A DNA stretch of 63,528 nucleotides, filler included, from Reticulomyxa filosa (taxonomy: Eukaryota > Protista > Foraminifera): NCBI GenBank assembly GCA_000512085.1. It is 18 parts of 18 records of this genome, joined end to end, with 100 filler letters (N's around TTAATTAATTAA, not from the genome) between each part and the next. Parts side by side here need not be neighbours in the genome. Positions count along the whole stretch, not along the records: positions 50,623 to 56,552 come from ASPP01024906.1; positions 56,653 to 58,181 come from ASPP01007959.1; positions 58,282 to 60,136 come from ASPP01016269.1; positions 60,237 to 62,131 come from ASPP01047347.1; positions 62,232 to 63,528 come from ASPP01038480.1; 13 more parts are not named here. One strand, given 5' to 3'. Below, piece by piece: positions 53,131 to 63,528 of this stretch; within the stretch, counting starts at the first letter, position 1; the number at the start of each line of letters is the position of its first letter. Position numbers and translations under genes: made by a program. The notes under the pieces are model-generated. The model worked only from the letters and a program-made list of their open reading frames with translations, had not been told where the DNA came from and did no database searches.

Positions 53131-53743
53131 GTTCAGTTATCAAATGCTTTTTCTACTTAAATCAGAACAATGAACCTAGGAATAAACAACAAAAATTCAG
53201 AGCACAAATATTAACCGTTCAAACAGGCCTGTTGAATTGTAGATACCGTTTTTTTGGTTTATGGTTAGTCGGAAGTAAGTCCATATTTCACTTGCATTAT
53301 TTGCTTTTAACTAATTTCAAAAATCTTCTAATTTTTGAAAGTGTAAAAATTTTACTTGAGGGTAATTTTGTTTGCCAACATTGTTTATAGTTCCAGGAGG
53401 TGTGTTTACTGTGACTAAACATACTGTTTAGATAAATGTGACAATATTGTTCAATATCTATATTAGCAGTTGGGTTTATTTTCGCACTCTGGTTTAGAAC
53501 TTCACACTATCTTTTTTTTATTGTAAAGTTTGACAACTTTACAAATTCGTTGGCAGAAGGTCTACGCTTTAGGTGTCGAATATTTTCAAGCGCTCTGCTC
53601 AAAAGGATAAAAGACAAAAAGGTCGATTGAAGAGTAAATGCAGATTTTTTTAAATGATTTGAAAAATGTATTTTTGAATCGTTGGAAAAACGTTAAAACG
53701 TTTAATTTAGATAATAATAAACGTAGATATAACAATTGATAAT

Positions 53744-55739
53744 TTATTGTTCATTCTCATTTTCTTGAGGATTATTTTCTGCGTTCTGTTCGATATTATT
53801 GGGTGGTGGTAAAACTTCGGTTTGGATTTTGAAAATGGTCTCCTTTTGAATGGACGGTTCTTCCTGTGTAAATGTTATCCATATCTAAATGTTCGCTTTT
53901 TGAGACAATATAAAAACAAAACTTGGTTGTCAATGTTTGGCATTTCGACATCTACCCATTCATTATATTCGCTTTGAATCAGCGCGGGAACGGCGGGTTT
54001 GACAAATTCCGCTTTGTGTTTTATTGCGTTTCCAACGTAAACGTTGCAAAAAGTGTTGGATCCAATAAGATAGATGAAATGTGCCCCAGGCCACAATTGG
54101 TTACTCAATATTATTAATGAGTGAGGTTTTGCAGTATTGTATTGACGAATATTCCATATATTAGACTTTTTGTCATCAGTGAAGTGCTGTGGGAGCACTA
54201 TTTGCCATACAAAAATTGTTTGTGTTTCAAAAATAAATAACTTAAAATAAAATAAAATTAAAATAAAACTTAACAATTGCTTTTGTCAAAAGCAATAGAT
54301 TTCAAAATTGGTACAACCTCTTCCAATTCTTCGGGTGTTTTTCTTTTTCAGCGTCACCTTTTTTATTGTTGATTATATATAAATATCCTTCACAGAGAAA
54401 GAGAATAAATAAAATACCGTTTGCTTTTTCACCACCATTTTCATTTTCATTTTGTTCTTTTTCTTCCACTACTGGAGTATACTTAATGACCCGCCCTTCC
54501 AGGCGCAAATGGCCTCTAATGTGTACCCATGGTTCATCATTCAAAACGTCTTGAACGGGCTCAAACTTTTGAGTTTGGCAAATGGTTAACGAGGCTTGTG
54601 ACATTTGTGTGTCCTCATCCTGAGGACTTTCTTTTTGTTGTTCTTCATTTTCATCTGTTTCTGCGCTTCCTTGACGATAATAACCCGCTGGCGCTAACAA
54701 ACAACTGTGGGTGATGCGTGCGATTTGAGCACGTAACAAAGTGCTTTCATTCCATTCATAATAGCACGGGCCACTTATTTCATTTTCTAAATTTCCACTC
54801 AACAAATGGCTAATTTCACGTGCTTTTCTGATTTGTTCGGTGCTCGTAATGTCCGGCAAACGTACCCACTCTTTCGAAACCGCTGTTGTGTTATACAGAA
54901 AACGGGAAGGAAAAAGTGAATCTAAACTCAATAAAATTTTTTAAAAAAAGAGCCAACGATTGGCTCCATTCTTTTTCCCTTGTCTTTTTTTGGGCTCTGT
55001 TTGGCCTTTTTTTGGTCATTGCAAAAAAACAAAAAAACAGCATACCGTCGTTTGTGACAAAATACACAAACTCGTTTATTCCTTGTCCAGGAGGATCCAT
55101 TTTTCCATCGTTTGGAACATCTGGATATTCGGACAACTTGCATTCAACAATCCAGTAGTCCTTGTCCACTCCATGAATTTTACCGAAAAAACGCGATGAT
55201 TGAATCAGTGGCTCTTCTTGTAGCAATACACTCAAGCTCTGGTGCAAGTGATACATTTCTTCTTCGCAAAAATCAATACCAACCCATGACCACAATGACA
55301 TATGGTCAAAGATATCCGGAAGTTTGTTTGCATTTACTTCTGTTTTTTTGTTCTCGTCCGCCGTTTCGTCGTTTGCGTTTCCTTTCTTAGATTCTTGGCT
55401 CGGTTTTTTCCCGTAAAAAGATAATAATTGCTCACACCAACCATTTAAAGCCTCCTACAAGAGAGTGTGTTCATTTTAATTGACTGATTTTTACATTTTA
55501 AGAAAATCTATGATCAAAACTTTTTGATATGGGTTCACTTCCTTAATAGGACAGGCACTTGTACTGTCCAAATGAATTTTCTCTTGTTTCACGTCAAGAG
55601 ATATGTTTTCAAAAGTTTCTAATGGATTTTCCACATGATCTTCCAGAATTTTTTTCACAATCGCTGACATATGGTCCAATACTGACATTCCATATGTGTT
55701 TTTTTGGTTTAAGAAAGACTTTGCTTGCTGAAGGTCCAT
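53744..55739 (-). CDS. RSPH4: Axonemal radial spoke head protein RSPH4/6 family
   Basis: AKSFLNQK..SVLDHMSAIVKKILEDHVENPLETFENISLDVK; RFFGKIHG..DYWIVE; GQGINEFVYFVTN; WVRLPD..QIRKAREI..LSGNLE..E..LLRAQIARI..LAPAGYY; WVH; SNQLWPGA..NVYVG. Six exons; one apparent missing A in a homopolymer at ~54340. Confidence 0.92.
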
Positions 55740-56040
55740 TTTTTTGTCAATTATTAATTTTAACCTTCGAATATAAAAAATAGTAATACTTTTTGTTTTT
55801 TTAAGGATTAGATTATGAGACTTGCAACGCCGTTTGTTTTAGATATAGCACAGAATATCGAGTTGCTGAACTTGAAAATATGCACCAATGCTTTTACTTT
55901 TTTGTGCAAGTGGAATTCGGCCTTTGACAGAAACTGAAAAAAAAAAGAATCCTCTTTGGTTTGGTAAAAAATTGCAGTCACAAGTAGGGTTTGTTACAAA
56001 TTGAGAAAAGGTTACCTCAAGACCTATACAAATAAATACA

Positions 56041-56330
56041 ATGAAGTATAAAACTCCCAAGGATTCAGAAGAATTACGGGATATTTTTAACCGTTATAGT
56101 TCCAATAAAAGTTGGTGAAGAGGATAGACAAAGGCTTTGTGTTTATGTAAGACAAAGCAACAAGCAAAAAAGGGGTAGCATATGTATGATAGGAACGATA
56201 CGCTTACCCGAGCTAATCTTGATATCTTCAGACTATTCTTTTCCAGTATCAAGCAGTCAAATTAATCAATTTTTTAAGGAGCACATGAATGCATCTGACC
56301 CTTCTATTGATTTTGTGGAATTTGCAGTTT
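56041..56330 (+). CDS. Possible EF-hand (calmodulin-like) protein fragment, head-to-head with RSPH4/6
   Basis: DSEELRDIFNRY..GTIRLPEL....FPVSSSQINQFF..DPSIDFVEF resembles an EF-hand pair; stops are present, so it may be a pseudogene. Confidence 0.4.
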
Positions 56331-56660
56331 ATGTGTCGTTAGTTTTACAAAAAACGAGACAAAGCCATTTTTTTTAAAAAAAAAAATTGGTTGACTTTGG
56401 ATCTCAATTAATCAAAAAAAAACCAGCAATTTGTAAGGCACCAAGAATCAACGCTAAAACGAATTTTTGGCACTCTACCATTCAAAGACGATCAAGTTTT
56501 TTGACTGGTTTTTTTTTTTTTTTTTTACAATTTTTTTTTTTTTTTTTTTTTTNNNNNNNNNNNNNNNNNNNNNNNNNNNNNNNNNNNNNNNNNNNNTTAA
56601 TTAATTAANNNNNNNNNNNNNNNNNNNNNNNNNNNNNNNNNNNNNNNNNNNNATATAAAA

Positions 56661-56697
<37 letters not shown>

Positions 56698-56700
56698 GAC

Positions 56701-57007
56701 CTGCCAAAAAAGTGTCGGACAATTGTTTGATGATTTCCAATTGAGGAAACAGTGCTTTGTGCTGCTCTTCGTTGATCAACTTAAAGTCACGCAATGGAAT
56801 GACGTAATGTTCAATGAGCTTGCTCAGTAAACGACAATATGTCTTTTCTGTCTCCACCAATTCCACTATCGCCTTCTCTCGACGGTCTTCTCTCTCTTGC
56901 GACGCCTTGTTGTCGTCTTCCTTTTTTGTTGGCTCGCTTGGCAGCGGAGACTCTTTCACCTTTGGCGGAGGGGCTTTTATATTTGGTGCTCTTGGAACGG
57001 TTGTCAT
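56701..57007 (-). CDS. Dbl-homology (DH) RhoGEF, first exon
   Basis: RREKAIVELVETEKTYCRLLSKLIEHYVIPL..LINEEQHKALFPQLEIIKQLSDTFL is the DH-domain N-terminal consensus; GT donor at 56700. Confidence 0.9.
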
Positions 57008-58299
57008 TTTTTTTTTACTTTCCCAATCTCTTGGATTACGAGAGTTTGTTATATATATATTTGGGAAAAGGGAACTCACTCTTTTTAAGTACTTTGCCAT
57101 ATTTTATGTATGTGTACACCCACGATATATCTTTTTTTTTCCTCAATATATTGCTGTAAATGTAATCCAGAGTTGCGTGATTTTTTTTTACAAATTGCAT
57201 GTTATCCATTTTTCTAATACATTGTAGTATTAAAAAAAAAAGAAGAAACAGCAATATTGATTGGTTGGCAAAAGCTAGTGTATTCCTTTTTTTTTTTTTT
57301 TGAACAACACGGACCAAAATGAAACAGCTTTCACTTTCGATTTCTTGTTTATTTCTTTATTTTCTTTTCTGGTAACGAAAAAATCCGCATAGTGAATAAA
57401 ATCCGAAGCAATAGGTTTTTGAGACGGGATAGTGAGCACCGAGACAAGAAGAAGGGGGAGAGAAAACAGGAAAAAAAAATTGTTATTGCGTAATGGTAAT
57501 ATTTTGTAATTAGTGATTTTACGAACGCTTGCAGTAGTTTGATTGTAGTAATCAGTAATCAATAATCGGCGCAAAAGAAATCTAATTTTCTTGTTAGTGA
57601 CCTGTATGTATTTGCACCTTAGTCTCCGTAATAAAAACAAACAAAAACAAATTGCAATAATTGAAAAACAATTGAGAGGACTTTGGGAGAGGGACATAAC
57701 TAAGAAGGAGAAACAAAAAAAATAAAAAATAAAATGAAAACCTTATGCTGTTCATACTAATTTCTTCATGTTGGGTTTGAAATCGAATTTGAGAGTAGTT
57801 TTAGTTAATAAACCTCGTAGCTTAGGATAGGTAAGTAGTGACATGGAAAGGAAAAAAAAAAATAAAATAAAAATTGCGATTTTGCGGGACATCTTTAAAA
57901 ACAAACCGTAAATAAAATTTTAGCATCCTGGAGAGAAAAAAAAAAACAAAACAAAGTAAAATAAAACAAACAGATAAACAAAAAAATAACATGTAAATAA
58001 AATGAAATAATAATAATAAATAAAATATCCCCAATACACTTATTTTAACAAATAAAGTCAGACCCTTATTGATTACAGCAGTTTGTGTGTTTTTCTTACA
58101 AACATGGAAAAAAAAAAAAAAAAAAAAGGGAGAGACAAAGATAGAACAAAATGTGAGTTTTTTTTTTTTTTTTTTTTTTTTNNNNNNNNNNNNNNNNNNN
58201 NNNNNNNNNNNNNNNNNNNNNNNNNTTAATTAATTAANNNNNNNNNNNNNNNNNNNNNNNNNNNNNNNNNNNNNNNNNNNNAAAAAAAAAAAAAAAAAA

Positions 58300-60136
58300 G
58301 TAACTTTGATCATATCAAATAAATAAACGATGCCAAAAGACCCAATGGAGTCAACACTTCCACCAACAGCGCAGTACTTGCTATCGGAGGAAAAGGTAAT
58401 GCAACAGCCAATGCTTTGGGCTTTGTTGTTTTCAAACTGGCTAAATGTGGGGAACTGCGCTTTGTACATACAAGTCAATGCCTCGTGCGCGTCCTCATCT
58501 GCACTTGCTTTGGGCACTGGCCAAAATCGAATTTCACCGTTTATGTCAACCGACACAATCACATCTCCATTTGGATCACTGCAAATACGTTGCACGGCGC
58601 TTTTATGATCTTTTTTTTCCATTCCCCCCCCCCTCCGCTTCACATTGAAATGTCAAAACGTATACGTTTTTTTTTTTTGACATACATACACATAAAAAAA
58701 AAAGAAACTTTTGTGGTCGACACACAAATTTCCATCGCTTGGTATATCAAAAGATTGTTTGTTCTTCTCAGAAGAACGCTTGGATCGCGAGCTATTTCTC
58801 CGGGCCATGCGCTGTTGAATGTGCCAGTACTTGCCCCGATGGCTGTTGGATTCGCTCGGCGTAAATGCATCGACGGCACTAGAGTCTACACTTGTCGCGC
58901 CAACGGACTCAAAGTCGCTGTCCATCTCGCGATAGGGCGTAGACGGGGCTGGAGGGTCGTTTGTTTTCTCCTCGTCGCCATACGAGATCTCAACGTCATT
59001 GCGACTACTCTCCGGAGCAGTATACTCTCGAGTGTCCTCGCGGTTCTCGTCTTCATTGTCGTGGTCATTGTCGTTATCATGGTCATGATCGCGAAAGTGA
59101 TTATTTTCATTGTCATTGTCATTGTCATTTTCATTTTCATTTTCGTGTTCATGATCATGATCGTCGTCATTGTCATTATGGGTGTTGCTATCATCACCAG
59201 TGTGGTAATTGTTATGATCATCATGGTCATGATCATCTTCGTTCGTGTGGTCACCGTCATTCGTGTGGTCGTCGTCGTTGGTGTGATCTCCGTCATTGGT
59301 GTGGTCGTCATCATTCGTGTGATCACCGTCATTGGTGTGATCGTCATCATTGGTATGATTACCATTATCGTGATTAGGATCATCATTGTGGTTAAGATCA
59401 TCGTCATGATTAAGGTCATCGTCGTGGTTAAGGTCATTATCATGGTTAACATCCTTGTGGTTGTTGTCCTCGTCATCATCCATCGGAAGTAAGGCTAGCG
59501 AAGGGATGTCGATAGACATTGATGTCATAGGAGTGCCACCGGCGACACTTTGGTCTTCGATAATAAAGCTTTGCAAGTTGTCATTATTGTCGCCGTTGTT
59601 GTTGTTGTTGTTATTATTATTGTTATTATCGTTATTGTTGTTATTGTTATTGCTATTGTTATTATTATTGTTATTGTTATTATTATTGTTATTGTTATTT
59701 TATTGTTATTGTTATTGTTATTATTACTGTCAGAGATATGTCGCAATTGAATGATGGCGGATTCCAAGCTAGTCATAATATGGTTCAAATCGTGAGAAGG
59801 TTCCCTTTGTGCATCGCCATCAATACTTTCCCTATCCTCCGGCTGGCTATTGCGTCCTGTTGTTCCCTGCATGCGATCAGTGGGCGTGGCGGAAGAGGCG
59901 TTGGACGCGTTTTGCAAATGCTGGAACAGTTTCTTGTTGATCTGGAACAAGCGTTCCACGTGATTGCGCATCAGTTCCTTCAGTTGAATACTCCGATTTT
60001 CCATATCCGTTATGTTCTTGTTTAGATCTTGTAAAGACAAATCCACTTTCCCGTCCAAGTCGGATGCATCGTCGATATCTCCTCGATCTTTCCCATTTCC
60101 ATTTTCGTGGTTATTATTATTATTATTATTATTATT
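58300..60136 (-). CDS. Internal fragment of a large protein: coiled coil, polyN, D/H/N-rich repeats, then WD40 repeats
   Basis: ORFs 59525-60058, 58653-59576 and 58230-58643; HKSAVQRICSDPNGDVIVSVDINGEIRFW and ITFSSDSKYCAVGG..IVYLFD are WD40-like. Confidence 0.65.
59060..59480 (-). repeat. Coding minisatellite with 18-nt units (NHDDDL; HTNDDD/HTNDGD)
   Basis: Translation NHDNDLNHDDDLNHDDDL..HTNDDDHTNDGDHTNDDDHTNDGDHTNDDDHTNDGDHT. Confidence 0.9.
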
Positions 60137-60236
60137 NNNNNNNNNNNNNNNNNNNNNNNNNNNNNNNNNNNNNNNNNNNNTTAATTAATTAANNNNNNNN
60201 NNNNNNNNNNNNNNNNNNNNNNNNNNNNNNNNNNNN

Positions 60237-60446
60237 ATTCCAAAAGAGTATTTATGTCCATTATCTAATTCAATTATGGAGGATCCTGTAATTGCTTTGA
60301 ATGGAATAACATATGATCGATCATCAATTATCAATCAATATCAAAATATTCCAAATTATGATTCTTTAATGACAGATGGAAATTTAGAGCTTTTTCCTGA
60401 TCATGCTTTGCGACAAAATATTCAAAATTTTAAAAATCCAAGATGA
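60237..60446 (+). CDS. C-terminal U-box domain (E3 ubiquitin ligase), 5' truncated; absent from the ORF track
   Basis: IPKEYLCPLSNSIMEDPVIALNGITYDRSSI..LFPDHALRQNIQNF..* matches the U-box consensus. Confidence 0.9.
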   Translation: MPKEYLCPLSNSIMEDPVIALNGITYDRSSIINQYQNIPNYDSLMTDGNLELFPDHALRQNIQNFKNPR

Positions 60447-61498
60447 TGTTTGTCACTTGTGTGTTTGTATGTGCAATTTTTGTTTTTTTTAAATACAACT
60501 ATGAACGTAAATTTTTATTTTCTAGATCTGGGATAGATTATTATTGATAAGAATAAACAATAAAAAAAGAAGATAATGCACTTTTTCCACTTGCAGCTTC
60601 TCCACGAAATATGGCGAACATTTAATCCATTTTTTGTATCTTTCCAAATGTCCTTTACTTCTATGGTTTTTTTTTTATTTCTATAAATTAATAAATAATC
60701 CAATGAATTTAGTCATTTTCTATTTTCCTGTTCATTATTTCAAAAGAATCATGGATTTGTCGATCATACTTTTTATTTAGTGCCTCATAACATCAAATTG
60801 CCTTTCTAATCTTTGACATTATTCTCAGAATGACAAAAGAGATTGATTTACATTTAATGCTGTTACATGAGAAAGAATATCCAATCAAATGTTAAATATT
60901 GCTTTTCAAAAATATTCAAATTTCAACAAGGAATTGCAACATTTAAACAAAATTAGTCTATTTTAAACATCAACATATTTTATTTTTTTAACAAAACCAA
61001 ATTTAGGAGTGCTAGATGTGCTGCATATGATCTCGATGTGTATGGTTCATCAGATCCCGCTTTTTATTTACGTGGAAGTATTTATCTGGGTTGAGCATAA
61101 TTAAACTTGCGCAATGGACAAAAAACTTTAAGTATATGCTTCAAGTTGCAGATGAAACCTGGAGTAAACACTTTAACCAGCCATTTGTAATATAAAACAT
61201 TATCCTTATCCCACACTTTTCTGAGTTGATAAATATTGATCACGCATAATACAATAAACCTATTAATCTTCGGAACATTAATTAAAATATTTTTCAATGC
61301 ATGTTTCATAGTTGTCAAAATTATTCATTGAATGATTGGAAAACATATCAACGACAAAACAAATCTTTTAAAGTATTGTACAAAGATCAATTTGTTTTAG
61401 AATAATGCAGTAAATATTTTCAATTTTTCAAAATAAAACTACATTGAACTTTAACAATACCTATCTTTTTTTAAATTATTTGTTCGTTTTAAGCAAAA

Positions 61499-62131
61499 AT
61501 GACAACTCTCAGCAATGAAAAACGAACTTTAATACAACTAGCCTTGGTAAGCTTATTACAAATTTTCAAAAAGTTTGTAATCTTTTCTTTACTGTATATA
61601 ATTTGTGATTAAAATAGTATAAAGAAGAAATTCAAGTAATTATACAACACTGGATTCAAATATTAAATATTAAATTAGGATTGATTCATGAATTTGGCAA
61701 ATTTATTGTCAATTATGTTATGTTTTTTGTTTTTATTCAAGTAATATTGCAACGTTCCAATTTTTATTTGTTGTTATCCATAATTATAACTTGATACAGA
61801 TAAATACTGTTTTCATGCTTGACACGTTTCGTTCATCATCCAAATTACTTAAAACATTTATTGGACATACCGATATTGTGTGGAGTATTGATTATTCAGT
61901 ACTTGATGATATCCAATTCATTTGTTCTGGATCAATTGATAGAACAGTTCGTGTATGTGATATTGAAACAATCAAACATTGAATGTATTCAAAGGACATA
62001 CAGATTATGTGATAAGTGTAAAATATGGATCAAATGAATTATTGAATATAATATTATCTGGATTAGATGATGAAAGTGTTCGTTTGCGGGATATTCGATC
62101 TGGTGAACAGATTCAAGTGTTCAATGGACAT
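61499..62131 (+). pseudogene. WD40-repeat pseudogene with 33-aa module; internal repeats deleted
   Basis: Exons 61499-61546 (MTTLSNEKRTLIQLAL), 61618-61716 and 61800-; MLDTFRSSSKLLKTFIGH.. is paralogous to 29519; frameshift at ~61979. Confidence 0.88.
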
Positions 62132-62289
62132 NNNNNNNNNNNNNNNNNNNNNNNNNNNNNNNNNNNNNNNNNNNNTTAATTAATTAANNNNNNNNNNNNN
62201 NNNNNNNNNNNNNNNNNNNNNNNNNNNNNNNCTGCATGTATACATCCGCGGGTTAATATCGATATTAATTTAGATGTGTCTTTGGCAAT

Positions 62290-62735
62290 ACAAGATTATG
62301 ACCGTTGAATCTACCTGACCATCTGATACACTTGTGGTACAACTTCACTTCTTCTTGTCTTCGTCGCCATTCAAGAGTAGGAAGTTGTGAAATAATATTT
62401 ACTGTGTTTGGTTCATCACACCAATTCGACACATTGCAATCCTTTGTATACGCTCCAACTGTCTCTTATGATTGTCTGCTGTACCATTCCAAAATGCTGA
62501 TGCATACTCGAGACTTTGACGGATGATTGTCTTGTATAATAAATTGTACGTATATAAACTTGGTCTGACTCCTTTGTATGAACATAACGTAATTAACATG
62601 CTTGGAATACGTCATATGGGAACCAAGAAACAATCCAAGATACTTCACGTGATCGCATTCCTTCAGCTTTGTGAGATTCTTTTTATTCTGATGTCTGAAT
62701 GTGATACATTGCAACATCTTCCGTTTATTGAACAA
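62290..62735 (-). mobile_element. Non-LTR retrotransposon reverse transcriptase 3' fragment
   Basis: CITF..CDHVKYLGLFLGSHMTYSKHVNYV..LLYKTIIRQSLEYASAFW..LERIQRIAM: RT domain 7 and thumb region of Jockey/CR1/I-like LINEs; frameshifted. Confidence 0.85.
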
Positions 62736-63260
62736 AAGAAAATATCAAAAGATGAAATTAAAATTAAATGGAAGCAATATTGAATAAGTAGATTATGTGA
62801 AATATTTGTGATCAATAAATGACATTCCAGCAGCACATTAATTACTTTTATGGCAAAGCATCAAAGAAACTTGGATATTTGACATTCCTGTGTTCGTACA
62901 AAGTGATTCGTCCAAGCTTATCAGTGTATAATCTATTATATACAGTAATTATCAAGCCATCTTTGGAGTATGCTTGTGCATTCCGGAACGGGGCATCAGA
63001 GAATTCAAAGAGTAGCAATGTGCAATATCCTTGGTATTATGAAATCGACAGCATATGACACAGTGAATGTAATTTCACATATGCCTTCATGTGAACTAAG
63101 AAGAATTAAAATTGTATCACAAACGCATTCGTTGGAGTAAGAAGTTTCCAAATCATAATTTATCTATAGCTTATTAATTGTGGAATGTAAAGATAAGTTA
63201 TAGAGGAAAATTATCTACATTATCAAGATCATATCCATGCTTTTGAAGTTGGTGTTCCAG
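62736..63260 (+). mobile_element. Second, diverged non-LTR RT 3' fragment in the opposite orientation
   Basis: LKLNGSNIE*VDYVKYL..MTFQQHINYFYGKASKKLGYL..LLYTVIIKPSLEYACAF; stops and frameshifts. The 3' boundary is approximate. Confidence 0.85.
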
Positions 63261-63528
63261 ATGTGCATGCGCAGATATGTTTGCAGATCACAGGTAAAGT
63301 GGTACTAAATGGATTCCTGTTCAAAATTAGAATGTTTTGTAACATATTGTAGTCTTTTTTTTTTAGATAGAATGTTGCTGTTGAATTCATAAAGAAAAAC
63401 AATGTGAACAAGCATCTCACCCAAAAATGAGTACAGTACTAAATACACACTTCAATACAAAAAGTAAACAACAAACAACGTTATAAAAAACAAAAATAAG
63501 TGTTTTCAATGTTCTTGTGGTCGTTCAT

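Noticed and set aside
58416-59492. 358-aa V/I-rich plus-strand ORF that looks like a membrane protein
   Set aside because: Antisense shadow of the D/N/H codon repeats on the minus strand.

Overview
AT-rich eukaryotic (protist) DNA with short GT-AG introns. This is not one contiguous locus: 18 contigs are concatenated with 17 artificial 100-nt linkers (N44-TTAATTAATTAA-N44), so neighbours across a linker need not be linked. The expanded gene families (WD40, Kelch, RING/TRAF-type zinc finger, NACHT, HSPA12-like Hsp70, U-box) and the heavy pseudogene load resemble the foraminiferan Reticulomyxa filosa; this is inferred from family recognition, not from a search. Recognisable genes or gene parts: the C-terminal part of a BLTP2/Hobbit/SABRE bridge-like lipid transfer protein, the TAF6 C-terminus, radial spoke head RSPH4/6, a DH RhoGEF, a U-box, an HSPA12-like Hsp70, a TPR protein, and remnants of a CLK/DYRK kinase, a kinesin-14 and a NACHT NTPase. 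Mobile DNA: a decayed DD34E Tc1 transposon with long TIRs and two head-to-head non-LTR RT fragments. The most notable observation is a conserved 33-codon exon (IIxxWxRxLxIKLGWIxDFxKxIxxY) in four copies. It is a 99-nt phase 0-0 exon N-terminal to WD40 propellers three times, and the terminal exon after a Kelch propeller once. This suggests an exon-shuffled adaptor module, possibly an E3-ligase 'box'.
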